Positions 1 to 9,256 of a DNA stretch of 64,000 nucleotides are shown piece after piece. The translations under genes were made by a program, and so were the position numbers. Numbering within the stretch: the first letter of the stretch is position 1; the number at the start of each line of letters is the position of its first letter. The DNA is from Coriobacteriia bacterium. Its GTDB lineage: Bacteria; Actinomycetota; Coriobacteriia; Anaerosomatales; JAJZPX01. The notes under the pieces were generated by a model. The model was not told where the DNA came from. It made no database searches and saw nothing but the letters and a program-made list of their open reading frames with translations. The stretch lies in contig DASXUP010000004.1 in NCBI GenBank assembly GCA_036504755.1, forward strand, positions 26,957 through 90,956, read 5' to 3'.

Positions 1-319
1 CGGTTACGTCCGGACGCTCCGCGGAGAGAGCCCGCTCCTCGGCGCGCTGGAGGGAGTCGAGTTCGTCGAGCGGGTGACGGTGGTAGCACCCAGCGACACG
101 ATCTTCGTCTACACCGACGGCGTCACCGAGGCGCGACGGGGCCGCGAGCTGTTCGGCCTCGAGCGGCTGGCGGAGTTCCTGCGCGGCGTGGAGGACAACG
201 ACCCGGTCGAGCTGCCCGGGAAGGTCTTCGCGGCGATCGAGGCGTTCTCCGAAGGAAGGCTGCGTGACGACGTGGCGATCCTGGCGGTGCGGCGCGAACA
301 CGGCGAGGAGTGCGAGTGA
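1..319 (+). CDS. PP2C/SpoIIE-family serine phosphatase, C-terminal fragment (5' end outside window)
   Basis: Frame 2 is open from the window edge to TGA 317-319. The tail ...TIFVYTDGVTEARR...RLRDDVAILAVRR resembles the C-terminal metal-binding end of RsbU/SpoIIE-type PP2C phosphatases (motif recall). Confidence 0.7.
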   Translation, partial: GYVRTLRGESPLLGALEGVEFVERVTVVAPSDTIFVYTDGVTEARRGRELFGLERLAEFLRGVEDNDPVELPGKVFAAIEAFSEGRLRDDVAILAVRREHGEECE

Positions 320-1017
320 GGGTCCACTATCTGCAGCATGTCGAGTACGAGACGCCCGGCAGCATACTGGAGTGGGCGGCGTCGCGGGGCTTCGGGGTCG
401 CGGGGACGCGGCTCCACGAAGGCGAGACGCTTCCCTCGGCCGAGGAGTTCGACTGGCTGGTGGTCATGGGCGGGCCGATGAACGTGTACGAGGACGAGGC
501 GCACCCGTGGCTGCCGTTCGAGAAGGCGTTGATCGACGAGTCGGTCTCGCGCGGCAAGGTCGTGCTCGGCGTCTGCCTCGGCGCGCAGCTTATCGCGGAC
601 GTCCTCGGAGGCCGCGTCACGCGCAACGAGGCCGAGGAGATCGGCTGGTTTCCGGTGACACTGGCGGCGCCCGGGTCGGAGTCGCCGGTCTTCGGGAGAC
701 TGCCGGAGGAGTTCACGGCGCTGCATTGGCACGGCGACACGTTCGGGCTGCCGCCCGGCGCGCTGCACGCGGCGGAATCGGCTGCCTGCGTCAACCAGGC
801 GTTCTCCTGGGGCGACCGCGTCTTCGGGCTCCAGTTCCATCTCGAGTGCACCGCCGAGGGCCTCCGCGCGCTCGTGGGCGAGAACGCCGCCGAACTCGTC
901 GCGGGGCCGTGGATCCAAACGGCCGGCGACATCCTCGGCCGGTCTGCGGAGCTTGCGCGCTCGCGCGAGCTGATGCGGACGCTGCTCGACGGGATCGTCG
1001 AGGAGACGGCTTCTTAA
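316..1017 (+). CDS. class I glutamine amidotransferase (stand-alone GATase1, GuaA-like)
   Basis: GVCLGAQL nucleophile-elbow Cys and a ...LQFHLE... His/Glu region. GTG 316 overlaps the upstream stop as GTGA (alternative GTG at 310, used by the ORF track). Confidence 0.75.
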   Translation: MRVHYLQHVEYETPGSILEWAASRGFGVAGTRLHEGETLPSAEEFDWLVVMGGPMNVYEDEAHPWLPFEKALIDESVSRGKVVLGVCLGAQLIADVLGGRVTRNEAEEIGWFPVTLAAPGSESPVFGRLPEEFTALHWHGDTFGLPPGALHAAESAACVNQAFSWGDRVFGLQFHLECTAEGLRALVGENAAELVAGPWIQTAGDILGRSAELARSRELMRTLLDGIVEETAS

Positions 1018-1120
1018 GGCACGGGGCCTTCCGCGGGTTACCGCCGCCACTCCTCGGCCGTCGTTGTGAGAGCATAGGGAACGCTGCTCGAAGCGACCGT
1101 ACGGCGGAGGGGAAGACCTG

Positions 1121-2050
1121 GTGGAACACCAGCGCATGGACGCTCGGAGCCTCGGCGCGATGGCCGTCGTGCTCGTGCTGTGGGCGTCGGCGTTCGCGGG
1201 CATCAAAGCGGGGCTCGTGTCGTACTCTCCCGGCGAGGTGGCGCTGCTGCGGTTCCTCGTGGGTTCCGCGACCCTCGGTGTCTACGCGGCTCTCACACGC
1301 ATGCGTCTGCCCGAGCCGCGTGACTGGCCGGGACTGGCCGTCGCCGGGCTGGCAGGGTTCACCTTGTACCACGTGGCGCTCAACTACGGTGAGATGCGAG
1401 TCTCGGCGGGCGCCGCCAGCCTCATCATCGCCGCGGTGCCGATCTTCACGGCGCTGCTCGCCGTGGTGTTCCTCGGGGAGCGGCTTCGGCCGGCGGGGTG
1501 GGCAGGGGTCGCGGTGAGCTTCCTCGGCGTGGCGCTCATCACGTTCGGCCAGGGAAAGGGCATCGCGTTCGACCCGTACGCGCTGCTCATCGTGGCGGCC
1601 GCAGCGGGCTCGAGCGTCTACTTCATCCTGCAGAAGCCGTACCTCGGCAGATACTCGCCGCTCGAGCTCACGACCTACACGATGTGGGCCGGCACCGTTC
1701 CGATGCTCGTGTTCCTGCCCGGCCTGGTGAAGGCGGTGCCGCACGCTTCACCGGCGGCGACCGCCTCCGTCGTCTACCTGGGCGTGTTCCCCGCAGCGAT
1801 CGCGTACCTCGCGTGGAGCTGGATCCTGTCGCGGATGCCCGCGTCGGTCACGGCGAGCTTCCTCAACGTCTCGCCGGTGCTCGCCATCGCGATAGCGGCG
1901 GTGTGGATCGGCGAGGTGCCGACGCCGCTGTCCATCGCGGGCGGGGCGGTGGCGATCGCGGGAGTCGTCCTCGTGAACACCAAGGGCCGGATGCCGCGGC
2001 GGCCGAGACCAGGAAGCAGTAGACGGCCGTGGAGATCCGGCGCGCCGTGA
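1121..2050 (+). CDS. EamA/DMT-family transporter
   Basis: About 10 predicted TM helices in two repeated EamA-like halves ([10 protein letters not shown]..., ...VFLGERL...). Alternative start at Met-1136. Confidence 0.75.
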   Translation: MEHQRMDARSLGAMAVVLVLWASAFAGIKAGLVSYSPGEVALLRFLVGSATLGVYAALTRMRLPEPRDWPGLAVAGLAGFTLYHVALNYGEMRVSAGAASLIIAAVPIFTALLAVVFLGERLRPAGWAGVAVSFLGVALITFGQGKGIAFDPYALLIVAAAAGSSVYFILQKPYLGRYSPLELTTYTMWAGTVPMLVFLPGLVKAVPHASPAATASVVYLGVFPAAIAYLAWSWILSRMPASVTASFLNVSPVLAIAIAAVWIGEVPTPLSIAGGAVAIAGVVLVNTKGRMPRRPRPGSSRRPWRSGAP

Positions 2051-2081
2051 CGTTCATGCAGCGGAAGCTCGGTACGGAGTC

Positions 2082-2360
2082 TCAGTAGCGGAGACCGAAG
2101 CCGGTCTCGCCCGTGGGCTCTTCCCACTCGGTGACGATGTGCTCGACGATGGCCGAGGTCGGGCCGTGGCTCATCCACTCGACCGCCTCGCGCACCGCGT
2201 ACTCGGGACCTTCGAAGACGGCTTCGACGCTGCCGTCCGGCCGGTTGCTCACCCACCCGTCCAGGCCGAGGTGCCGCGCCTCCTCCTGGGCGGCGCCTCG
2301 GAAGTAGACGCCCTGCACGACGCCGTACACCTTGACGCGCGCACGCACTCGCTGGTCCAT
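2082..2360 (-). CDS. acyP: acylphosphatase
   Basis: 92-aa product [28 protein letters not shown]...[16 protein letters not shown] with the V-x-G-x-V-Q-G-V-x-F-R signature. ATG at 2358-2360; the longer track ORF (to 2576) is an unsupported N-terminal extension. Confidence 0.85.
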   Translation of the reverse strand: MDQRVRARVKVYGVVQGVYFRGAAQEEARHLGLDGWVSNRPDGSVEAVFEGPEYAVREAVEWMSHGPTSAIVEHIVTEWEEPTGETGFGLRY

Positions 2361-2412
2361 ATCGCACCTCCTGCACGAGGCACCGCTCGGGTCCGATCGT
2401 AGCGCGGACGCG

Positions 2413-3015
2413 TCAGCTGAGCGGCGGCCCGGCCTCCTCGGCGGAACGCGCCTCGGATTCGATCTCCTCGCGGGTGATACCCAGCTCCTGCGCGGTGAAG
2501 ACGGGGGTGAACAGGTACCCGGCGTCCTCGAAGAGCGCCGCGGCGCCCTGCTGCCGGTCGACGAGCGAGACGACACGGACCACCTCGGCGCCCGCCTCCG
2601 CCTCGACCGCGCGGATGGCGTCGAGCGCGGAGCCGCCGGAGGTGGTGACGTCCTCGACGATCACCACCCGCGCGCCTTGCGGAAGCGGGCCCTCGACCCG
2701 CTTGCGCCGGCCGTGGTCCTTCGGCGCCTTCCGCACGATGAACGCCGGCTTCGGCGTGCCGAGCTCCCAGGAGAGCGCCGAGACCGCCGAGGCGATCGGG
2801 TCGGCGCCCATCGTCATGCCGCCGATGGCGTCGTAGCTGTCGGGGGGCACGGTCTCGAGGATGTGGCGGGCGAGCAGGTACGCGCCGTCCGCCCGGAGCG
2901 TGACCATGCGCGCGTCGAAGTAGAAGCTCGAGAGGCGGCCGGAGGACAACACCGTCGGCTCGTGGATGAGCGCGTCCATCACGAGCGGCTTCAGCTGGTC
3001 GCGGAAGGACGGCAT
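2413..3015 (-). CDS. pyrE: orotate phosphoribosyltransferase
   Basis: PRPP-binding loop VVIVEDVTTSGGS, plus the RKAPKDHG flexible loop. Start taken at MPSFRDQL (ATG 3013-3015). Confidence 0.85.
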   Translation of the reverse strand: MPSFRDQLKPLVMDALIHEPTVLSSGRLSSFYFDARMVTLRADGAYLLARHILETVPPDSYDAIGGMTMGADPIASAVSALSWELGTPKPAFIVRKAPKDHGRRKRVEGPLPQGARVVIVEDVTTSGGSALDAIRAVEAEAGAEVVRVVSLVDRQQGAAALFEDAGYLFTPVFTAQELGITREEIESEARSAEEAGPPLS

Positions 3016-3155
3016 GCAGGCTCCTCTCGGCCGGGCGAAGGTCGGCTCGATGCTACCACAGGGCGCCGCTCGCACGGCGCCGGACGTTGCGCCCGGAGGG
3101 TCGCACCTCCGATAATCGGGCGCGGGCCGATGTCGGGCGAGGGGGGACGCGGACT

Positions 3156-3545
3156 ATGCCGAGTGCTTGGATGCTCCGACTCTACATGCTCGACTTCGCG
3201 CTGTTCGCCGCGCATGAGATGGACTCGGCGTACTGGCGCGAGTGGGACCTGTTCCGCCTTCCGGGAGGCGAGGCCGCCTTCGTGCTGCTGCACGTGCCGC
3301 TCGTCTTCCTGCTCGCATGGGGCGGCCGTGAGCTGGCCGAGGGAAGGCCGTGGGGCGACCGGGTCGCCGCGCTGCTCGCCCTTTCCGGCTTCGCGGCGCT
3401 CTTCATCCACGGCGGCTTCATCGCCGCCGGCCATCCCGAGTTCCGCACACCCGCCTCGGCCGGGCTCATCGCCGTGATGGCGGCGGTCTCCGTCGCCCTC
3501 GGCTATCTCGCGCTGCGGCGCCTCATCGGCGGGCGGCGAGCGTGA
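3156..3545 (+). CDS. small integral membrane protein (unknown function)
   Basis: MPSAWMLRLYMLDFALFAAHEMDSAYWREW... with 4 hydrophobic helices. The stop overlaps the next start as GTGA. Confidence 0.5.
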   Translation: MPSAWMLRLYMLDFALFAAHEMDSAYWREWDLFRLPGGEAAFVLLHVPLVFLLAWGGRELAEGRPWGDRVAALLALSGFAALFIHGGFIAAGHPEFRTPASAGLIAVMAAVSVALGYLALRRLIGGRRA

Positions 3546-4369
3546 ACGTCCCGATCGAGGAGTGGGCCGCCGCTGTGCCGCCGCGTCACTCGCGACGCCG
3601 CTTCACCGGCGAGCCCGTGACCGACGGGCAGGCCGAGGCGCTGCGCACGCACTGCGAGAGCTTCGAGCCGTTCCCGGGCGCGCGCGCGGTGTTCGTGGAG
3701 CAGCCGGCCGGCGACGTCTTCCGCGGTCTCGTCGGCAGCTACGGCAAGATCAGGGGCGCACCCTCGATCCTCGCGTTCGTCGCAGACGTGGAGGTTCCCG
3801 ACCACGCCGCGAAGCTGGGCTACACCGCCGAGGCGGCCGTGCTCGAGGCCACCCGCCTCGCGCTCGCCACCTGCTGGGTCGCGGGCTCCTTCGACCGCCG
3901 CCTCACCGCGTCCGTCGTGGGGCTCGAGGCCGGCGAGCGCGTCTTCGGCGTGTCCCCCGTCGGCACGGCCGTGCCCGAGAAGGCGGGCTCGGAGCGCACG
4001 GTCGCGCGCCTCGCCCGGTCGCACGTACGCAAGCCGCTTCCCGAGATCGCGCCCGGGATCGACCGGGGCGGATGGCCGATGTGGGCGTTCGAGGGAGTGA
4101 GGCTCGCCCGCCTCGCCCCCTCGGCCGTCAACCGCCAGCCGTGGCGGTTCCGGATGGACGACCTCGGCTGCGTTCTGGCCACCGACGCGGCGGGTGGTGA
4201 CCGCGGCATCAGCAAGCGCCTCGACTGCGGGATAGCGATGCTGCACTTCGAGCTGGGTGCGCTCGTGACGGGCGGTCTCGGCGGCTGGGAGTTCCTCGAG
4301 CCGCCGGACGTCGCCCGATACCGGTTGTCGCCGACGACGGAGGAGGTACCGGCAGATGGAAGGCCGTGA
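3542..4369 (+). CDS. nitroreductase-family protein
   Basis: RHSRRRF N-terminal motif and APSAVNRQPWRF, typical of the nitroreductase fold. GTG 3542 overlaps the upstream stop. Confidence 0.6.
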   Translation: MNVPIEEWAAAVPPRHSRRRFTGEPVTDGQAEALRTHCESFEPFPGARAVFVEQPAGDVFRGLVGSYGKIRGAPSILAFVADVEVPDHAAKLGYTAEAAVLEATRLALATCWVAGSFDRRLTASVVGLEAGERVFGVSPVGTAVPEKAGSERTVARLARSHVRKPLPEIAPGIDRGGWPMWAFEGVRLARLAPSAVNRQPWRFRMDDLGCVLATDAAGGDRGISKRLDCGIAMLHFELGALVTGGLGGWEFLEPPDVARYRLSPTTEEVPADGRP

Positions 4370-4895
4370 GATCGCGCGGCGCATCGAGCTGCTGTCCGGC
4401 GTGGGGCTGGTGGTGTTCGGCGGCCTGTTCGCGCTCGCCGAGCTTGCCGGGGGGAGGAGCTGGGGGCTGATCTGGCCGCTCTTCGTGATCGTCCCAGGCG
4501 TCCTGCTGTTCGTCGGCGCCTTCTCCTTCGGCCGAGGTGGCGGGTTCCTCGCGATCCCCGGGGCCGTCGTCACCGTCAGCGGCCTCCTGCTGCTGCTGAC
4601 TAACACGCTCGACGCATGGACGGCGTGGGCGTACCTGTGGGCTCTTGTGGTGCCGGGCTCGGTCGGTCTGGGGCTTCTCGTCTTCGGCGCGCGCACCGGA
4701 TCCCCCGCCGTCAGGAGCACAGGTATCTGGCTCGGGATCGCGGGGCTGGCGCTGTTCGGCTTCTTCGGCGCCTTCCTCGAGCTGGTCGTGGGCGTCTCCG
4801 GGCCGTTCGGACCCGCGCTGGGCCGCGTGCTCTGGCCGACGCTGCTGATCGTGGCCGGCCTCGTGCTGATCGTCGCCTGGTCGCGACGCACCTGA
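4356..4895 (+). CDS. integral membrane protein (unknown function)
   Basis: 179 aa, almost entirely Gly/Leu/Val-rich TM helices. Overlaps the upstream stop by 14 nt, suggesting an operon 3156-4895. Confidence 0.55.
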   Translation: MEGREIARRIELLSGVGLVVFGGLFALAELAGGRSWGLIWPLFVIVPGVLLFVGAFSFGRGGGFLAIPGAVVTVSGLLLLLTNTLDAWTAWAYLWALVVPGSVGLGLLVFGARTGSPAVRSTGIWLGIAGLALFGFFGAFLELVVGVSGPFGPALGRVLWPTLLIVAGLVLIVAWSRRT

Positions 4896-4902
4896 GGGAC
4901 GC

Positions 4903-4936
4903 CGAAGGCCGGGACCGTGTCCGGCCCCGGCCTTCG
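4903..4936. terminator. GC-rich hairpin between convergent genes (putative bidirectional terminator)
   Basis: CGAAGGCCGGG (4903-4913) pairs perfectly with CCCGGCCTTCG (4926-4936) around a 12-nt loop. It lies between stop 4895 (+) and stop 4959 (-). No U-tract. Confidence 0.5.
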
Positions 4937-4958
4937 TGAAGGCGGACGAGCGCCCGGC

Positions 4959-6437
4959 TTACGGCACCGGCTTGAGCGCGTCCAGGAAGTCGGGGAACAC
5001 CGGATCGGGGACGACCGCGTTGCTGCCGAAGGCGCGCATGTGCGCCACGGATGTCTGGTGGTTGAAGACCCATTGCCACGGTGTATCGGACAGGTTGACG
5101 TCCGCCGTCTTCGTGAGGAGCATGACACCGCCCATCTTGCCCATCAGGGCTCCTCCGCCGAGGGCGTCCGGGAAGTTGGAGCTGGTCGTGATGCCCACGC
5201 AGCTCGAGCTCGCCCAGCTGCTGTCCACGGCGTAGCTGGCTATCGCGACGGCGGTCTCCATCCGGCCGCTGCCTTGGATACGTGTCGCGGGCACGCCGAG
5301 ATGGTTCATCACCCAGTCACTGACCGCGGACGGACTGCCGCACACGTAGGCGTGGCCGATGCCGAGCTGCGAGAACGATGCCGCCGTCGCCGGCGTGACC
5401 GGAGGCAACGTGGCCACGAGCAGGATCGGCATCTTCCGGTGCGCCGCGATCGGTGCGGCGGCTAGCGCGTCCGGGAAGTCCGAGCCCTTGACGACGAAGG
5501 CGTCGCCGCTCCACGAATGGCCGAGCGCCAGCTCGTTGCGGCGGACCTCCTTGCCGATCGCGACCGCGGTCTCATACCGCGTCGGCCCGGCGATCCGCTT
5601 CACGGTGATGTTCCCGTGGTTGCGCAGGGTTTGCGCCACGCCGCTCTCCGAGACGGCCTTGTCGCTCCCGAGGATCGTGACGGTCGTGGGCTGGGACCCC
5701 CGCAGCCGGTCGATCTCGGCGATGACGGCGGTGCTCACCGAGTAGCGGGACGTGAGCAGGATCGGGCAGTCGTAACTGCCGGCGAGCGCGGAGGCCGCCA
5801 GCGCGTCCGCGAAGTTCACACCCGTCGCGAGCAGGACGTTCCGGCTCCCGCCGTCCGCGTACGCCTCACGAGAGATCGCGAGCGCCGTCTCATAGCGGGT
5901 GCCGCCCGCGAGCCGCTTCATCGTGATGGGAGGCGGCGTCACGCTCCACGTGAGCGTGTACGCGCCGGATCCCCAGAGCGACCAGACGTCGAGGTAGTAG
6001 ATGCCGCTCGTTCCCGCCGTGTACGAGAACGTCTGCGGGTTGATGGGGGCTCCCAGATCGGTCGGACCTTGTGAGATGACCACGGGCGCGGTGTCCCAGC
6101 TCGGCACCTGATACAGCTCGGCCACGAATTGCACGTCGCCCGCCGGACCCATCACGGACACGTCGAGGGTCTCGCCGGGCTCGAGCTGCACCTGGAAGAT
6201 GTCGTCGGCGTCCGTCAGTTCGTTCAGGGAGTCCGAATACGGGGACGGCGAGATGGCGACGCCCGGCATCTCGTCGTCGAGTGCGAGCGGGTGCGGCGCC
6301 GCGCGATGCGGCAGCGAGGCGCGCAGCGAACGCGCCGCGGCGACCGGTCTCGCCGCGGCCGGCGTCACCGGCGGGAACACCGCCAGCATCAGGACTGCGA
6401 CGAGCAGCGAACAGGCTGTGCGGGAACGACGCTTCAT
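4959..6437 (-). CDS. secreted cell-wall-binding-repeat-2 (CWB2) protein with an N-terminal PPC-like domain
   Basis: Signal peptide MKRRSRTACSLLVAVLMLAVFPPVTPAAA. Three repeats of the type R(L/I)AG.TRYETA(L/V)AI...(V/L)LATG..F(A/P)DAL(A/S)A..LA......PILL. Confidence 0.7.
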   Translation of the reverse strand: MKRRSRTACSLLVAVLMLAVFPPVTPAAARPVAAARSLRASLPHRAAPHPLALDDEMPGVAISPSPYSDSLNELTDADDIFQVQLEPGETLDVSVMGPAGDVQFVAELYQVPSWDTAPVVISQGPTDLGAPINPQTFSYTAGTSGIYYLDVWSLWGSGAYTLTWSVTPPPITMKRLAGGTRYETALAISREAYADGGSRNVLLATGVNFADALAASALAGSYDCPILLTSRYSVSTAVIAEIDRLRGSQPTTVTILGSDKAVSESGVAQTLRNHGNITVKRIAGPTRYETAVAIGKEVRRNELALGHSWSGDAFVVKGSDFPDALAAAPIAAHRKMPILLVATLPPVTPATAASFSQLGIGHAYVCGSPSAVSDWVMNHLGVPATRIQGSGRMETAVAIASYAVDSSWASSSCVGITTSSNFPDALGGGALMGKMGGVMLLTKTADVNLSDTPWQWVFNHQTSVAHMRAFGSNAVVPDPVFPDFLDALKPVP

Positions 6438-6521
6438 CGAGACCCCTCCCCTGGTCTGAACGGGCGATCTCGCCCTAGGGAGAGATTAGCAGCAAGACTC
6501 GGCGTGCAGAATCGCCGAGGC

Positions 6522-7034
6522 CTACGTGTCCTCCGAACGGTCCCACACACGCGGATAGCCTCGCGAGAGCCCGAGGATGTTCGCACTGATCCAGCCGCCG
6601 GTGACGTCCTCGGCCTCCGCGCGCACGGGCTGTCCGTCCAGCAGGCAGACGTCCATCCTCCCCGGGTAGTAGGCGATGCGATCCGCGAGCTGCTCGAATC
6701 CGGGGTTCGGATCGCGGTAGGTCCACGCGCCGCTCTTGACCTCGCGGTCACCGACCACCACGTCGAAGTAGGAGGCCCGCCCTCGGTAGGAGCAGTGCGT
6801 GTGCACCCCGTTAGGCCTCAGATACGCCGACCGCACGTCCTCGGGCGGGAAGTAGTAGGCAGGGGCCAGACCCGTTTGCACCACGCGGAGCGTCGCGGAT
6901 GAGTCGGCGATCACGAAGCCGTTGAGGACCACCTGCGCGTGCGCGGGGGATGCCTCGACCTCGGGCGGCAGGGGGTAGTCCCACACACTCTCGAGCGTCT
7001 TGCCCCCGCGGGTCGGCCCGGCTCCGGCGGCCAT
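6522..7034 (-). CDS. DUF427-domain protein
   Basis: ESVWDYPLPPEVE...APAYYFPPEDV...HCSYRGRASYFDV...AWTYRDPNP...IAYYP matches the DUF427 pattern. Start at ATG 7032-7034; the upstream part of the track ORF is Arg-rich shadow. Confidence 0.7.
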   Translation of the reverse strand: MAAGAGPTRGGKTLESVWDYPLPPEVEASPAHAQVVLNGFVIADSSATLRVVQTGLAPAYYFPPEDVRSAYLRPNGVHTHCSYRGRASYFDVVVGDREVKSGAWTYRDPNPGFEQLADRIAYYPGRMDVCLLDGQPVRAEAEDVTGGWISANILGLSRGYPRVWDRSEDT

Positions 7035-7153
7035 CGCGAGCACCTCTCGTCGTTCCTCGGCTACCTGGGTGTTGTACCCCGCGTGGAGCGCGGTGCGCGG
7101 GTCACTCCGGGCGTACGAGCAGGCGCTGGCGGAGATGGAGCAGTGACCGCCTC

Positions 7154-7768
7154 CTAGATCCCCGCCATCGCCACCGCGCTCGGCCGGCTCATGCGTTGCG
7201 CCGCGAAGTCCCAATTCGCGAGCTGCCAGAATCCGTCGACGTACTTCGGACGCGCGTTGCGGTAGTCGATGTAGTAGGCGTGCTCCCACACGTCGCACAC
7301 GAGAAGGACGTTGCCGCCGCCGCGCATCGGCGTGTCGCCGTTGGGCGTGTTCACGATCTCGAGTGTGCCGCCGGTCTCCACCAGCCACGTCCAGCCCGAG
7401 CCGAAGAGCGTCGTCGCCTTCTGGGCGAACTGTTCCTTGAAGGCGTCGAAACTGCCGAAGTCACGCTCGATGGCCGTCTTGAGCTCGCCGGAGGGCGCTC
7501 CCGGGGCGTTGGGTGTGAGGCTCTGCCAGTACATCGTGTGGTTCCAGTGCTGGCAGGCGTTATTGTAGATCCCGGAGCCCTTCTCGGCCGTCTTCACGAT
7601 CTCGTCGAGTGGGGCATCCTGGAGCGGCATGCCCGCGATGAGCTTGTTGAGGTTCGCGACGTACGTCGCGTGGTGTTTCCCGTAGTGGTATTCGATCGTC
7701 TCCTCCGAGATCACCGGCGCGAGCGCGTCCCGAGCCCACTGGAGTTCCGGCAGCCTGTGCTCCATCAC
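7154..7768 (-). CDS. sod: Fe/Mn-family superoxide dismutase
   Basis: LPELQW..DALAP.IS.ETIEYHYGKHH...NNACQHWNH...DVWEHAYYIDYRN motifs. Metal specificity cannot be assigned by eye. Confidence 0.9.
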   Translation of the reverse strand: MMEHRLPELQWARDALAPVISEETIEYHYGKHHATYVANLNKLIAGMPLQDAPLDEIVKTAEKGSGIYNNACQHWNHTMYWQSLTPNAPGAPSGELKTAIERDFGSFDAFKEQFAQKATTLFGSGWTWLVETGGTLEIVNTPNGDTPMRGGGNVLLVCDVWEHAYYIDYRNARPKYVDGFWQLANWDFAAQRMSRPSAVAMAGI

Positions 7769-7893
7769 GAAGCCTCCTGACCTTGTCTGGTCTTCGCGTA
7801 CGCGTATCTACTTACCCGTGCGGCGGCCGCTGGTGCCCTGATATGCTTTCGTGGGGGCGCGTGCCGGCGCGCCCTTGACCCCGGGGGGAGCCG

Positions 7894-8106
7894 ATGGCCG
7901 AAGATCCGAGCCCGCCGTCCGCCGTCGCGAAGGCCGGGATGGCGCTCCTGCTCGCAGCGGTCCTCGTCGTCGCGGTCTACGGGCTGACGCACGCCTCGAT
8001 CCGGCCGGTGAACCCGGCGCAGAAGCCGCCGAAGCAGCACTTCGGGAAGGCCGCATGCGCGGTCTGCCACACCATCTCGGCCGAGGCGAAGCTGGTACAG
8101 GAGTGA
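7894..8106 (+). CDS. 70-aa membrane-anchored protein with a single CXXCH heme-c motif
   Basis: GGGGAG SD 3 nt before the ATG and strong GC3 bias. One TM helix (MALLLAAVLVVAVYGL), then ...HFGKAACAVCHTISAEAKLVQE. Confidence 0.5.
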   Translation: MAEDPSPPSAVAKAGMALLLAAVLVVAVYGLTHASIRPVNPAQKPPKQHFGKAACAVCHTISAEAKLVQE

Positions 8107-8110
8107 GGGG

Positions 8111-9001
8111 CTAGGCGCACACGCCGAACGTGGCGTGCACCGAACGGTCGCCACCCGCTCCCTTCGCGTCGTACAGAAGCCTGTCCGCCGCGCGCAACAT
8201 GACATCGAGGGATTCCGGCGGTTCGCGGAAGGTCGCCGTCCCCATGCTCACCGTGATGCTGGTCGACCCCTCCGTCACGCGTTCCCGCAGGCTCGTCTTC
8301 ATGCGGTCCACCGCTCGTTCAGCCGCCTCCGGCCCCGTCTCGGGGAGCAGCACGACGAATTCGTCGCCGCCGAGGCGAGCGACCGTATCGACCTCTCGCG
8401 TGGTGTCTCGCAGCGCGTCCGCGACCAGACGGAGCACGTTGTCGCCCTCGGCGTGACCCTTCGTGTCGTTGATGTGTTTGAAATCGTCGCAGTCCAAGTA
8501 GACCAGGGTGAGGGAGCGGCCGAAACGCCGGACGCGGGCCAGCTCCGCGTCGGCCGCCTCGGCAAACGCGCGCCAGTTGGCGAGGCCGGTCACGTAGTCG
8601 ATACGCGACGCGACGTGCTCGCGCTGCACCGAGGATCGCAGGGCCGCGAGCGCGAGCCCGAACAGGGCGAAGACCGAGAACTGCACGGCCGCGTTCCAAT
8701 AAGGGACCAGCGGATTCCGGAAGCTGTCGATCACGAGCATGTCGCCGAAGAGGCTCAGGACCGCCGAGACCAGTGCCGCGACCGTCGCCCATACCGGCCC
8801 CGCGACCCACGCGACGAGGGCTATCGGGAGAAGGTACAGCACGATGATGCTGGTCTCCGAGCCGGTCGCGTAGTCGATGCGCCCTATGAGCGCGATGACC
8901 ACGAGCGCGAGCGGGATCGCGATCCACGGCGACCTCGGCAGGGGCAGGTCATCGAAGGTGGAGCGTTCGGCCATTACCCCTCCGTGGGAACGGTCTCGCA
9001 T
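8111..9001 (-). CDS. membrane-bound diguanylate cyclase (GGDEF)
   Basis: N-terminal TM region, then a GGDEF domain: ...REVDTVARLGGDEFVVLLPE with an RxxD I-site 5 residues upstream of GGDEF. Confidence 0.8.
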   Translation of the reverse strand: MRDRSHGGVMAERSTFDDLPLPRSPWIAIPLALVVIALIGRIDYATGSETSIIVLYLLPIALVAWVAGPVWATVAALVSAVLSLFGDMLVIDSFRNPLVPYWNAAVQFSVFALFGLALAALRSSVQREHVASRIDYVTGLANWRAFAEAADAELARVRRFGRSLTLVYLDCDDFKHINDTKGHAEGDNVLRLVADALRDTTREVDTVARLGGDEFVVLLPETGPEAAERAVDRMKTSLRERVTEGSTSITVSMGTATFREPPESLDVMLRAADRLLYDAKGAGGDRSVHATFGVCA

Positions 9002-9052
9002 GCCGCGAGAATCGTCTCATGGACGGGTACCGTGCACAACGCGAGCGCGGCG

Positions 9053-9250
9053 TCAGGAGGCGGCCGCCGCTGCACGAGCGGCTCGATAGGCGGTGAGCGT
9101 CGGCGTGTCGGGGGAAGGAACGACTATCCCGGTCGGCACCGGCGGACGGGGGGCCGCGAGCGGCAACGGGATGTAGTGCACGACCACGGTCAACGCCAGC
9201 AGGGCGAGCGTCAGCACCAGCAGCCAGACGAACGCACGATGAGCGGACAC
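9053..9250 (-). CDS. small single-TM protein (hypothetical)
   Basis: 65-aa ORF with one clear TM helix (FVWLLVLTLALLALTVVV) in the gap between two minus-strand genes. No family recognised. Confidence 0.3.
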   Translation of the reverse strand: MSAHRAFVWLLVLTLALLALTVVVHYIPLPLAAPRPPVPTGIVVPSPDTPTLTAYRAARAAAAAS

Positions 9251-9256
9251 CCCGAC

